Shown: in pieces, positions 23,912 through 32,787 of the stretch
Layout of the letters: the number at the start of each line of letters is the position of its first letter
Position numbering within the stretch: the first letter of the stretch is position 1
DNA from: Nanobdellota archaeon
GTDB lineage: Archaea; Nanobdellota; Nanobdellia; Woesearchaeales; GW2011-AR9
Reading direction: 5' to 3'
DNA length: 48,543 nt
Assembly: GCA_018812355.1 (NCBI GenBank)
Contig: JAHJDQ010000182.1
Coordinates: 1 to 48,543, forward strand
Notes under the pieces: generated by a model
Told to the model about the DNA's origin: nothing
What the model saw: the letters and a program-made list of their open reading frames with translations, nothing else
The model's database searches: none
Made by a program: the position numbers and the translations under genes

Positions 23912-26167
23912 TTGTTTAAAATGAGGCAACTTTCCGAACAGCCAGAAATATTAGTGATGGGCACATACCCGCCGAGAGAGTGTGGTATCGCTACTTTTAC
24001 CCAAGATTTAACGACAGCAATAGATGGAAAGTTTAATCATAAAATAAAAACTAATATTCTGGCGATGAATCGTAATGGAATCAATATTTATAATTATCCA
24101 AAAGAAGTTTCTTTTCAACTTGACGATTCTAACCTTCAGGAATATATTGATCTAGCTAAAAAAATTAATCGCAATAATAACATCAAACTGATTAACATCC
24201 AACATGAGTTTGGAATTTTCGGCGGTGAGTATGGGAGTTATTTGATTGCTTTTTTAGAAATCATCAAAAAACCGGTTGTGATAACTTTCCATTCAGTTCT
24301 GCCGCAACCAGATAATAATATGAAACGAGTGGTGCAGACTCTCGCCAATAAATCTGAGTGTATTGTCGTTATGGCGGAAAAAGGCCGAGAGATTCTCAAA
24401 GAAGTGTATGGAATCAAAACTCGGATTGCGGTTGTACCTCATGGAATCCCCACCGTTCCTTTTGTTGAAAGTAGTATTGAAAAAATTAAAAAAGGCTTCA
24501 AAGACAAAATTGTTCTCTCCTCATTTGGCATGATTAGCTCCGGGAAGGGTTATGAGCAAGTAATTAATGCTCTCCCAAAAGTTGTTAAAAAATTTCCAAA
24601 TTTATTATATTTAATCATTGGAGAAACTCATCCTGTCGTTAGAAAAGAAGAAGGCGAAAGTTATCGGAACTTTATCGAACAAAAAGTTAAAAAATTAAAG
24701 CTGGGAAAGAACGTCAAATTTTACAACAAGTATGTCACGTTAGAAGAGATTGTGCAGTATTTACAGGCAACTGACATCTTTATTTGTTCAAATAATAATC
24801 CTAATCAGATTACTAGCGGAACTCTAGCTTATGCAATGGGAGCAGGTAGGGCAGTTATCTCTACTCCTTTTTTACATGCTCAAGAGTTAGTCACTCCAGA
24901 CCGAGGTTTATTGGTTAAGTTTAAAAATTCAAAATCGTTTGAAAAAGCAATTCTGAAAATGTTGTTTAATCCAAAATTAAAAAGGGATATGGAAGAAAAT
25001 GCTTATGCCAATACTCGACAGATGACTTGGAATAATGTCGCTTTAGCTTATCATGACGTTTTCAAAAAACATCTTAACTTATCTAAAAATCATAATACTA
25101 AAATTCCTCCGATTAATTTGAATCATTTGAATAAGCTTACTGACGATTTTGGAATAATTCAATTTGCTAATAAAACTGAACCCAATCCTCATTCAGGTTA
25201 TACACTAGATGACACTGCCCGAGCGATGATTGTATGTAGTTTGCATTATGATTTATTTAAAGACGAAGCTGATTTGGATTTGCTTCAGAAATATATTAAT
25301 TTTAATCAATATGTTCAACAGAAAAATGGCCAACTTTACAATGTTGTAGAAGAAACTAAAAAAGTTCGTTTAGATCAGTGGAGCGATGATGCGCATGGCC
25401 GAGCGTTATGGTCATTAGGATTTTTAATTAACATTAAAAGCATTCCGGAAAATTTAAGGAAAAAAGCAGCAGGAATATTTAATAAAGCGTGCAAAGTTAA
25501 AAACATTAATTCACCGCGAGCAGTAGCTTTTTCTATCTTAGGTTTGTATTTCTATCATCAAGCCAATCCAACAATAAAAAATGTTAAAAAAATTAAAGGA
25601 TTAGCTAATTATTTGGTTGGTTTATACCACGATTGCTCTTCTGATGATTGGCAGTGGTTTGAAGAATCACTGACTTACTCAAACAGTAAACTATCTGAAG
25701 CATTATTTTATGCTTACCTCGCGACAAAGGAAAAAAAATATTTAGAGATTGCCCAATCTTCTTTAGATTTTTTAAGATCAATCACGTTTGAAGGCAACAT
25801 CTTTGCTCCCATCGGTCAGAATGGTTGGTATCTGAAAGATGGTCAGAAAGCACACTTTGATCAACAACCAGTGGATACTGCTTCGATGGTGCAAACTCTT
25901 CTTATGGCAAATCAAGTAACTAAGAAAAAAGAATATTATCATGATGCGATGAAAGTATTTTATTGGTTTTTAGGAAAGAACCATCTTAAGCAAGTTATTT
26001 ACGATGAAACTACTGGTGGTTGTTATGATGGACTGGGCGAGTTTTCAATAAACTTAAATCAAGGCGCAGAATCTACTATCTCTTATCAGCTGGCGAGACT
26101 TTCATTAGATCAACATCGAATACAAACTAAAATTAATAAAAAATGGAAAATAATCAAAAAATCTTAG
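23912..26167 (+). CDS. GT4-family glycosyltransferase fused to a roughly 350-aa C-terminal helical (alpha/alpha-barrel-like) domain
   Basis: N-terminal half has a GT4 layout (GTYPPRECGIATFT..., ...SGTLAYAMGAGRAVISTP). The C-terminal half (from about residue 400) is helix-rich with DDTARAMI, DDAHGRALWSLG motifs. TTG 23912 has GAGGGG 8 nt upstream; the alternative ATG is at 23921. Confidence 0.65.
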   Translation: MFKMRQLSEQPEILVMGTYPPRECGIATFTQDLTTAIDGKFNHKIKTNILAMNRNGINIYNYPKEVSFQLDDSNLQEYIDLAKKINRNNNIKLINIQHEFGIFGGEYGSYLIAFLEIIKKPVVITFHSVLPQPDNNMKRVVQTLANKSECIVVMAEKGREILKEVYGIKTRIAVVPHGIPTVPFVESSIEKIKKGFKDKIVLSSFGMISSGKGYEQVINALPKVVKKFPNLLYLIIGETHPVVRKEEGESYRNFIEQKVKKLKLGKNVKFYNKYVTLEEIVQYLQATDIFICSNNNPNQITSGTLAYAMGAGRAVISTPFLHAQELVTPDRGLLVKFKNSKSFEKAILKMLFNPKLKRDMEENAYANTRQMTWNNVALAYHDVFKKHLNLSKNHNTKIPPINLNHLNKLTDDFGIIQFANKTEPNPHSGYTLDDTARAMIVCSLHYDLFKDEADLDLLQKYINFNQYVQQKNGQLYNVVEETKKVRLDQWSDDAHGRALWSLGFLINIKSIPENLRKKAAGIFNKACKVKNINSPRAVAFSILGLYFYHQANPTIKNVKKIKGLANYLVGLYHDCSSDDWQWFEESLTYSNSKLSEALFYAYLATKEKKYLEIAQSSLDFLRSITFEGNIFAPIGQNGWYLKDGQKAHFDQQPVDTASMVQTLLMANQVTKKKEYYHDAMKVFYWFLGKNHLKQVIYDETTGGCYDGLGEFSINLNQGAESTISYQLARLSLDQHRIQTKINKKWKIIKKS

Positions 26168-27270
26168 AAGAAGGTTATCAAAAAGCGATTGTCGTAATTA
26201 AAGCCTGTTCTACAAAGCACGGTTTGTATGCTTCTGCCGGAGTAGACGGATATAACGCAGTATGGGCAAGAGATAGTATGATCAGCTTAATTGGAGCGAG
26301 TGTAGTTGAAAATAAAATAATTAAACCAGCATTTAAAACAACGTTTCAGCAAAGCCTAATTACGTTAGGAAAACACCAAAGTAAGCATGGACAGATTCCT
26401 AATGCGGTTGACAAATGGAGTAAGAGAAAACCGCATGTTGATTATGCTTCGATTGATTCTAGTTTATGGTATTTTATTGGTCATCAGATTTATAAGAAGA
26501 GATATAACGACAGTTCTTTGTTTAAAAAACAGAAAAAATATATTGAAAAAACATTACAATGGTTAGATTGCCAGGACGGCGGAGAAGATGAGACGTTATT
26601 ACAACTTCCTACAACAGACTGGCAGGATGCCTTTCCCCATAAGTATGGCCGGACGATCAATACGCAAGCTTTATATTATCACGTTTTACAATTAGCAGGA
26701 AGAAAAAAAGATGCTCAGAAATTAAAGAATGTGATTGAGCAACAGCAAGATAAAAAATTATGGAACGGAAATTATTATTCTGCTTGGCGCTGGAAAAATC
26801 ATGGAAAATTTAAGGAAAGAGGAGAATGGTTTGATACTTTAGGTAATTTATTAGCAATTGTCTTTGGTTTAGCGGATCAAGCAAAGGCTAAGAAAATTAT
26901 TGCTTACATCGAAAGAAAGAAAATTAATCTACCGGTTCCAGTAAAAGCAATTTATCCGCCGATTAAAAAAAATACAAAAGAGTGGCAGGATTATTTTGCC
27001 GATTGTGATGCCCGTGAACCAAATCATTATCTCAATGGAGGAATCTGGACTTTTATCGGAGGATTTTATGTGCTTAGTTTAATCAAATTGAAAAAATTTA
27101 CCAAAGCAAAAGTGGAATTAGTTAAGATTGCGCAAGCTAATCTAGCAGGTAATTTCCCAGAATGGATTGATCCTGTAACTAAAGAAGCTTTTGGAAAGTT
27201 ACAAGCCTGGGATGCAGGAATGTATCTTCTCGCTTATCAATCTTTAAAAAAGAAGAAAGTTTTGTTGTAA
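26143..27270 (+). CDS. (alpha/alpha)6-barrel glycoside hydrolase, glycogen-debranching-enzyme C-terminal / GH63/GH100-like
   Basis: GLYASAGVDGYNAVWARDSMISLIGA and DWQDAFPHKYGRTINTQALYY...NGGIWTFIGGFYV resemble GDE_C-type barrels. Overlaps the upstream gene by 25 nt. Confidence 0.6.
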   Translation: MENNQKILEEGYQKAIVVIKACSTKHGLYASAGVDGYNAVWARDSMISLIGASVVENKIIKPAFKTTFQQSLITLGKHQSKHGQIPNAVDKWSKRKPHVDYASIDSSLWYFIGHQIYKKRYNDSSLFKKQKKYIEKTLQWLDCQDGGEDETLLQLPTTDWQDAFPHKYGRTINTQALYYHVLQLAGRKKDAQKLKNVIEQQQDKKLWNGNYYSAWRWKNHGKFKERGEWFDTLGNLLAIVFGLADQAKAKKIIAYIERKKINLPVPVKAIYPPIKKNTKEWQDYFADCDAREPNHYLNGGIWTFIGGFYVLSLIKLKKFTKAKVELVKIAQANLAGNFPEWIDPVTKEAFGKLQAWDAGMYLLAYQSLKKKKVLL

Positions 27271-27278
27271 ATTTAATT

Positions 27279-28418
27279 TCACTCTAAATGCAATTTATTT
27301 TTAGTAATATCGACAATTCTCTTAGAAATATCGCGATAATCAAAATTCTGTACAGCATGAATCCTAGCTTGTTCTCCCATCCGTCGACATAATTCAGGAT
27401 CAGTTAATAATTTTAAAGTATATTCTTTTAATTCATCAACATCGGCGCGATAAGCAAAAGTTTTGGGAGAATCAAATGGTATTATTTTCTTAGTTCTGAA
27501 ACCCATTGAAGGATAAGCCCATTCTTGATCTAGTTTGACTTCTTTAGCAACTTTAGCTAAGAAACCGGTTTTCTGATGCAGAATCGTCTCGCCCGGACCC
27601 ATTTTATTGATCGAAATAACTGGTTTTCCACAAGCCATCGCTTCAACTTGAATCATGCCATAACCTTCTATTCTGGAAGGAGCAGCGTAAATATCTGCTG
27701 CATTCAAAAGATGAACCATAAATTCTTGACTGAACTCATCATTTAAGAAAATTACTTTATCGATAATTCCTAAACTTTCCGCTAATTCTATTTCACGTTC
27801 GCGCCATTCATTGGCACATTCACTGGGCCAGGATTTACAAACATATTTCCAATCTTTAAACTCTTTATCAACCTCAGCTAAGGCATATAACATTTCTTGC
27901 GCGCCTTTTGAAGTTGTATCTCCGCCAATAGTAAGAATCATTTTATCGCCGTTTTTAATCCTTAACATTCTTTTAATATATTTAGTATAATCTGGATTAT
28001 TGGTCGGTTTAAACTGTTGCGTATCTATTCCAATATGCATCGGAATAATCTTGCTGATATTAACGCCGTCTCGCTTATAGGTTTGTCTGACCCATTCACT
28101 GGTTGTAAACATCAACTCAAGCTTATCAAATTCTTCTTGATAGTTAGCAACCCACCCATCAGAATTAAACCAAGGTACAGGGGTAATGCCGTATCTAAAC
28201 GGTGCTTTAACAATCTCAGGAACATTCCCCCAAAAGCCTACCCCAAACGCAACATCTGGTTTATAATGTTTTAAAACAAATCTTTTTTCAATACTTTCTT
28301 GAAAATGACAGGATAAAGCTTCATTTCCTGTTTTCAATATTCCTTTGTAAAGTAAATGTCCTTGTAAACTAGTTCCATCATTCTCTGGGGGATAAGCATA
28401 AAATACAACACTTTTCAT
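27279..28418 (-). CDS. GT4-family glycosyltransferase
   Basis: C-terminal Rossmann motif SRIEGYGMIQVEAMACGKPVIS...ETILHQKTGFL is typical of GT4 (E-x7-E). Confidence 0.75.
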   Translation of the reverse strand: MKSVVFYAYPPENDGTSLQGHLLYKGILKTGNEALSCHFQESIEKRFVLKHYKPDVAFGVGFWGNVPEIVKAPFRYGITPVPWFNSDGWVANYQEEFDKLELMFTTSEWVRQTYKRDGVNISKIIPMHIGIDTQQFKPTNNPDYTKYIKRMLRIKNGDKMILTIGGDTTSKGAQEMLYALAEVDKEFKDWKYVCKSWPSECANEWREREIELAESLGIIDKVIFLNDEFSQEFMVHLLNAADIYAAPSRIEGYGMIQVEAMACGKPVISINKMGPGETILHQKTGFLAKVAKEVKLDQEWAYPSMGFRTKKIIPFDSPKTFAYRADVDELKEYTLKLLTDPELCRRMGEQARIHAVQNFDYRDISKRIVDITKNKLHLE

Positions 28419-28427
28419 TTGCTAAGA

Positions 28428-29018
28428 TTACCTCTCTTTAATTTCGAACGCTTCCAAATCGCGACAACAAAGACTTTCAAAACTATTTTCGTTAAATCCA
28501 TACAACTCTTGGATGATTTTTTTCTTCAATTTTAGCTGACTTTGATTTAACTTTATAAATTTATTTGCTTTAGTAACTATACTTTTTTGTTTTGCATAAC
28601 AAAGATCTCCTCTCTTAGCATAGTCAAAGAAAAAAACTTTTTGGGCAGATAGAAATTGATCTTTAAGCATTTGAATGACTGCTTGATTAACATCAATGTG
28701 TCTTTTATGTCCATATTCTCCATTTTTCCCATGCGTAAAGATATAATCATACTCTTGTTTGGAATATGGTTTAATTCTTCTTATGACCTCGGTTGAAGCG
28801 AGATCATTTAATTCTTCATCTTCTAAATCAGAGATAAAGCTTTTCGCCTGATAAAATTCGCAGACTTTTTTGAATTTGATAAATCTATCTGGATCATCTC
28901 TTCGACATAGACTGATGATGGTTGTATCCCACTCATTTTTATTTTGCAGAAGCATTCCACCCATCCAGATGGTTTCATCATCAGGATGAGCAACAATCAC
29001 TAAAACTTTTTTTTTCAT
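28428..29018 (-). CDS. PIG-L/LmbE-family N-acetylglucosaminyl deacetylase
   Basis: VLVIVAHPDDETIWMGG and HGKNGEYGHKRH motifs. Confidence 0.8.
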   Translation of the reverse strand: MKKKVLVIVAHPDDETIWMGGMLLQNKNEWDTTIISLCRRDDPDRFIKFKKVCEFYQAKSFISDLEDEELNDLASTEVIRRIKPYSKQEYDYIFTHGKNGEYGHKRHIDVNQAVIQMLKDQFLSAQKVFFFDYAKRGDLCYAKQKSIVTKANKFIKLNQSQLKLKKKIIQELYGFNENSFESLCCRDLEAFEIKER

Positions 29019-29026
29019 CTTAACAT

Positions 29027-29821
29027 TTACTTAACTAGGGCAGCAGCACCTAAAATACTACTGTTTTCACTCCCTTTAATAACTGTTATTGGACCCATCG
29101 CTCTTTTTTTAATTTCTTGCTGCATACTCGTTTTAAATAAATTGAAATCGTTAGCAATCCCTCCTCCAAGAACAATAACATCAGGATCGAAAGTATGTCC
29201 AAGATTAACGATACTTATTCCTAATAACTTTCCATAATCCTGCCACTCTTTTTTTGCTAATTTAAGTGGTTCTTGACGATATCTTTTTTTAACTGCTGAA
29301 CCTGAAAGGTAAGCTTCGATCTCGCCTTGACCCCACTTCCCTTTTACACCATCATATTTGATAGTACAATGGCCAAACTCCCCCGCATTACCATTTCCAG
29401 TATATAGCTTGCCATCAATCACAATCCCACCGCCAACGCCAGTTCCTAAAGTCAAACCAATCACATTTTTCTTCTTTAATCTAATTGATTCGCCCAGTAC
29501 AAAACAACTGGCATCATTACTTATGACTACTTTTCTTTTGAATTTGTCTGAAACAATCTGTTTGAGATTAATTCCTTTTAATGGTTGTAAATTGGGAGTA
29601 TCGCCGATAATTCCCTTTTGATAATCAGCCGGTCCGGGACAACCAATTCCAATTGCTTTAATATCTGGATTGAATAATGTTGCAATTGAACTGAGAATGT
29701 TATTAATAACGATCTCTTTAGTTGTTCCAGTTTTGACAGTAATCATTCGAATAATCTTGTTATTAGAAACTATTCCTGTTTTGATCTTGGTTCCACCAAC
29801 ATCTACACCAATTACCGCCAT
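29027..29821 (-). CDS. ROK-family sugar kinase (glucokinase-like)
   Basis: VIGVDVGGTKIKTGIV, LTLGTGVGGGIV, GNAGEFGH. Confidence 0.8.
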   Translation of the reverse strand: MAVIGVDVGGTKIKTGIVSNNKIIRMITVKTGTTKEIVINNILSSIATLFNPDIKAIGIGCPGPADYQKGIIGDTPNLQPLKGINLKQIVSDKFKRKVVISNDASCFVLGESIRLKKKNVIGLTLGTGVGGGIVIDGKLYTGNGNAGEFGHCTIKYDGVKGKWGQGEIEAYLSGSAVKKRYRQEPLKLAKKEWQDYGKLLGISIVNLGHTFDPDVIVLGGGIANDFNLFKTSMQQEIKKRAMGPITVIKGSENSSILGAAALVK

Positions 29822-29866
29822 AACCTAAATAGTAAATTAATGATATATAAAATTGTCGTTTGAAAA

Positions 29867-30097
29867 AGTAAGTAATATGTCTGCTTTGCATAAAAACAAA
29901 CGAGGATTTGTTTTTTGCACAAGAATAAAGTTAATCTCTTTATTCTTTATGCCAAAGGAGGCACATGGGGCAGTAAAATCAGAAATTAAATCTTGTCCCA
30001 TAATCGTGCATAAAAATAAACAGAGATTTATTTTTAGCACAGAAATTAAGTTTTCCGCTTAATTTCTTGTGCCGTGCAAGCCGACATATTACTTTCT
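29867..30097. mobile_element. MITE-like element, copy 3 (about 231 bp), carrying two copies of a 66-nt two-hairpin module
   Basis: Terminal inverted repeats AGTAAGTAATATGTC (29867-29881) and GACATATTACTTTCT (30083-30097) match at 14 of 15 positions. Modules lie at 29888-29953 and 30008-30073. It shares the GCCAAAGGAGGCAC and GTGCCGTGC cores with copies 1 and 4. The target-site duplication is not resolved (only GAAAA is shared). Confidence 0.6.
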
Positions 30098-30142
30098 CGA
30101 AAAAGATAAATTTTTATAGTTTGATATTATAATTTATCCTGG

Positions 30143-30880
30143 ATGGAATTAAAGATTTTCAAGACAAAAAAAGAGGCTTCCTTAGCAGCGTCTAAAACAG
30201 CTGCTCTGATTCTGAAAAAAGCGATTAAATCTAAAGGGCAGGCTAATTTCATTGCCGCTACTGGAAAATCACAGTTTGAATTTCTTAAAAATTTAATTAA
30301 AGATCCTCGTATTGATTGGCGTAAAACAACGATGTTTCATCTTGACGAATATCTGAGATTATCAGCAACGCATCAGGCCAGTTTCCGGCATTATCTAAAA
30401 GAAAGGTTGATTGATCAAGTTCATCCGGGTAAAGTTCATTTAATTAAAGGCACTGCTAAAAATCCACAACAGGAATGTCAGCGGTTAAATAAACTAATTG
30501 CTAAAAAAGAAATTGACGTCGCTTTTTTAGGAGTGGGAGAGAATGGCCATTTAGCGTTTAACGATCCCCCCGCAGATTTTGTAACAAAAGAGCCTTTCAT
30601 TATGGTAAAACTTAACGAGACTAATCGCCAACAGCAGGTCAAAGAAGGTTGGTTTGCTAAAATTTCTGACGTACCAAAACAAGCAATTTCAATGTCCATC
30701 AAACAGATCATGAAATCGGAAAATATTATTTGTTTAGCTTTTGGAGAAAGAAAAAGCAAAATAGTCAGAGATTGTTTTACTAAAAAAGTTTCTAATTTAT
30801 ATCCAGCCTCCATTTTACAAAAACATCCAAAAGCAGATATTTATTTAGATAAAGAAGCGGCTGCTTTACTTAAGAAATAA
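30143..30880 (+). CDS. nagB: Glucosamine-6-phosphate deaminase/isomerase
   Basis: FHLDEYL and GVGENGHLAFNDPPADF are hallmarks of the NagB/6-phosphogluconolactonase fold with NagB-type motifs. Confidence 0.8.
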   Translation: MELKIFKTKKEASLAASKTAALILKKAIKSKGQANFIAATGKSQFEFLKNLIKDPRIDWRKTTMFHLDEYLRLSATHQASFRHYLKERLIDQVHPGKVHLIKGTAKNPQQECQRLNKLIAKKEIDVAFLGVGENGHLAFNDPPADFVTKEPFIMVKLNETNRQQQVKEGWFAKISDVPKQAISMSIKQIMKSENIICLAFGERKSKIVRDCFTKKVSNLYPASILQKHPKADIYLDKEAAALLKK

Positions 30881-30930
30881 ATAGAAGTTATAAAAAATTT
30901 AAAAAGGATGTGATTATCCTTATATTAAAA

Positions 30931-31680
30931 ATGAAACATATAACAGAGATGAGTAAAGATGATCTTAAAGGCATTAAGTTGATTGTGCTAGATGTTGATG
31001 GTGTTCTAGTAAAGCGAGGCACGAAAATAAAACAGAAAGGAAATTTAACTACTTTAGAAACAAAAAAGATTGCTAATAAACAAATTGAACAAATCAAACA
31101 ATTGTCGAAGAAGGGCTTTCATATCAATATCAATTCGGGAAGGGGACTTTATATGTTACAAGAAATGTTTAGAGAAGTACTCGAGTTTGTCAGCTTAACT
31201 TATGAAAATGGCAGTGCCACTTGGTTTAATGGAAAGATTATCCAGCACATTAATAGTTTCAATTTTTTGAAAAATGTCATCCCCAAATTGAAACGGATTA
31301 AACACAAAAATATTAAGGGATTTGAACCAAAAGAATTTATCATTACGATTCACTGTACTAACAGAGTTAAAGCAATTGAAAGCGTGATTGCTAAAGAGAA
31401 AGAATTGTACTATATCTGGAATGGGGAAGCCTATGATATCGGAGTTAAAAATAAACAACTAAAGTCAATTGGCTTAATTAAGTTAATCAGTGTGTTAGGA
31501 TTGAAAAGGAAAAATGTTTTAGTTATCGGCGATAATTATAATGATCGTGAGATGATGTCTGTTGGTAAGATTGCTGTGACTGCAGATAAGAAGAGAGTAA
31601 CTGGAGATTTTTATGTTGAGCTGAAGGGAAAAAAACTACCCGCAGATATTTTAATGGCCAGAATACTTAAAATAAAATAG
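30931..31680 (+). CDS. HAD-superfamily (Cof/IIB-like) sugar phosphatase
   Basis: IKLIVLDVDGVLV (motif I) and VIGDNYNDREMM (motif IV). ATG 30931 is preferred over the track's GTG 30910. Confidence 0.65.
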   Translation: MKHITEMSKDDLKGIKLIVLDVDGVLVKRGTKIKQKGNLTTLETKKIANKQIEQIKQLSKKGFHININSGRGLYMLQEMFREVLEFVSLTYENGSATWFNGKIIQHINSFNFLKNVIPKLKRIKHKNIKGFEPKEFIITIHCTNRVKAIESVIAKEKELYYIWNGEAYDIGVKNKQLKSIGLIKLISVLGLKRKNVLVIGDNYNDREMMSVGKIAVTADKKRVTGDFYVELKGKKLPADILMARILKIK

Positions 31681-31705
31681 AGTAATTCATTCTAAATTGT
31701 TATAG

Positions 31706-31743
31706 AGAGTTTTGAATAACTAATTAAATTGGTTCAAAACTCT
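31706..31743. terminator. Perfect 11-bp inverted repeat between convergent genes
   Basis: AGAGTTTTGAA (31706-31716) and TTCAAAACTCT (31733-31743), with a 16-nt loop, between the HAD gene stop (31680) and the dus stop (31793). Confidence 0.45.
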
Positions 31744-31792
31744 AATAGATTACTTTGAAGAACCCATCTACAATTTAATAAATTGGGGTTAA

Positions 31793-32731
31793 TCAAAGTC
31801 CTCTATAAAAAGTTTCCATCAATTCTTTTATTTCCTTGACAGTTTTAGTAGGGATTAAATCTCCACGAAGTTTTTTTCCGCCACGGCAACCTTTAGAAAA
31901 GTTCATTGCTTGCATTCTAATGTTTGCTGGCCGAATAGACTGATATTTCTCTGCATACTTCAAATATTTAAAAAAATATTTGATTTTTGTTTTTGCAGAA
32001 ATCTCCTTATATTTTCCAGTTTTCAAATAATCGTTAATTTGTTTAAAAATAAACGGATTAGTCATTGCTCCTCTTCCAATCATCACATAATCACAGCCAG
32101 TTTCTTGTAACATTCTTTGCGCATCTTCAGGAGTTTTAATATCTCCATTCCCTACAACAGGAATTTTTACTAACTGTTTTAATTCCTTAATTAACTTCCA
32201 ATCAGCTTTTCCAGAATAGCCTTGCTTGACAGTCCGAGGATGGAAAATGATCATCTCTATCCCCTCTTCTTCTGCTATCTTAGCAATAATTTTCCATCGA
32301 TTGGGTTTATTCACTCCAGATCTTATCTTGACAGAGATTGGTTTATTTGTCGCTTTCCTCATTGTTTGAAAAATCTTTCTCGTCAGTTCTGGCTTTTGTA
32401 ATAAGGCAGAACAAGCCATTTGTTCAGTAATTTGCGGAGAAGGACAACCCATATTATAATCAATCATATCAAAATGAGGTTCAACAATTTTAATCGCCTC
32501 TTTTAACGTTTTTAAATCTGAACCAAATAACTGAATAGAAACTGGTTTTTCTTTTGGAGAGAATTCTACAAACTTAGTAATGTCATCTTTTTTAGCAATA
32601 ATCGCATGAATATTAACAAATTCAGTTACTACTAAACCTGCACCTAGTTCTTTACACAACAAACGTAAAGCAACATTACTTACTCCTGACATCGGTGCTA
32701 AGAACGCTTTGGAAGTGAATTTTGGTAACAT
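31793..32731 (-). CDS. tRNA-dihydrouridine synthase
   Basis: FLAPMSGVSNVALRLLCKELGAGLVVTEF, DYNMGCP, VSVKIRSG, and IGRGAMTNPFIF. I trimmed the start to ATG 32731, because a TATA-like CTTTTTATATCCC on the minus strand is centred about 27 nt upstream and the track's extension overlaps a tRNA gene. Confidence 0.85.
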   Translation of the reverse strand: MLPKFTSKAFLAPMSGVSNVALRLLCKELGAGLVVTEFVNIHAIIAKKDDITKFVEFSPKEKPVSIQLFGSDLKTLKEAIKIVEPHFDMIDYNMGCPSPQITEQMACSALLQKPELTRKIFQTMRKATNKPISVKIRSGVNKPNRWKIIAKIAEEEGIEMIIFHPRTVKQGYSGKADWKLIKELKQLVKIPVVGNGDIKTPEDAQRMLQETGCDYVMIGRGAMTNPFIFKQINDYLKTGKYKEISAKTKIKYFFKYLKYAEKYQSIRPANIRMQAMNFSKGCRGGKKLRGDLIPTKTVKEIKELMETFYRGL

Positions 32732-32787
32732 TGGGTAAAGAAAATATTGGGATATAAAAAGTTGTGTGTTAGTTTTCAAATAAATAA

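Noticed and set aside
29837-30062. Two overlapping ORFs on opposite strands (29837-30040 minus, 29853-30062 plus) in the ROK/nagB intergenic gap.
   Set aside because: Both lie entirely inside MITE copy 3. They translate the hairpin modules, giving mirror-like peptides such as HKNKRGFVFCT and HKNKQRFIFST. This is repeat read-through, not genes.
29858-30106. A target-site duplication for MITE copy 3.
   Set aside because: The flanks (GTTTGAAAA on the left, CGAAAAAGA on the right) share only GAAAA. This is too short and low-complexity to call, so the exact ends of this copy remain uncertain.
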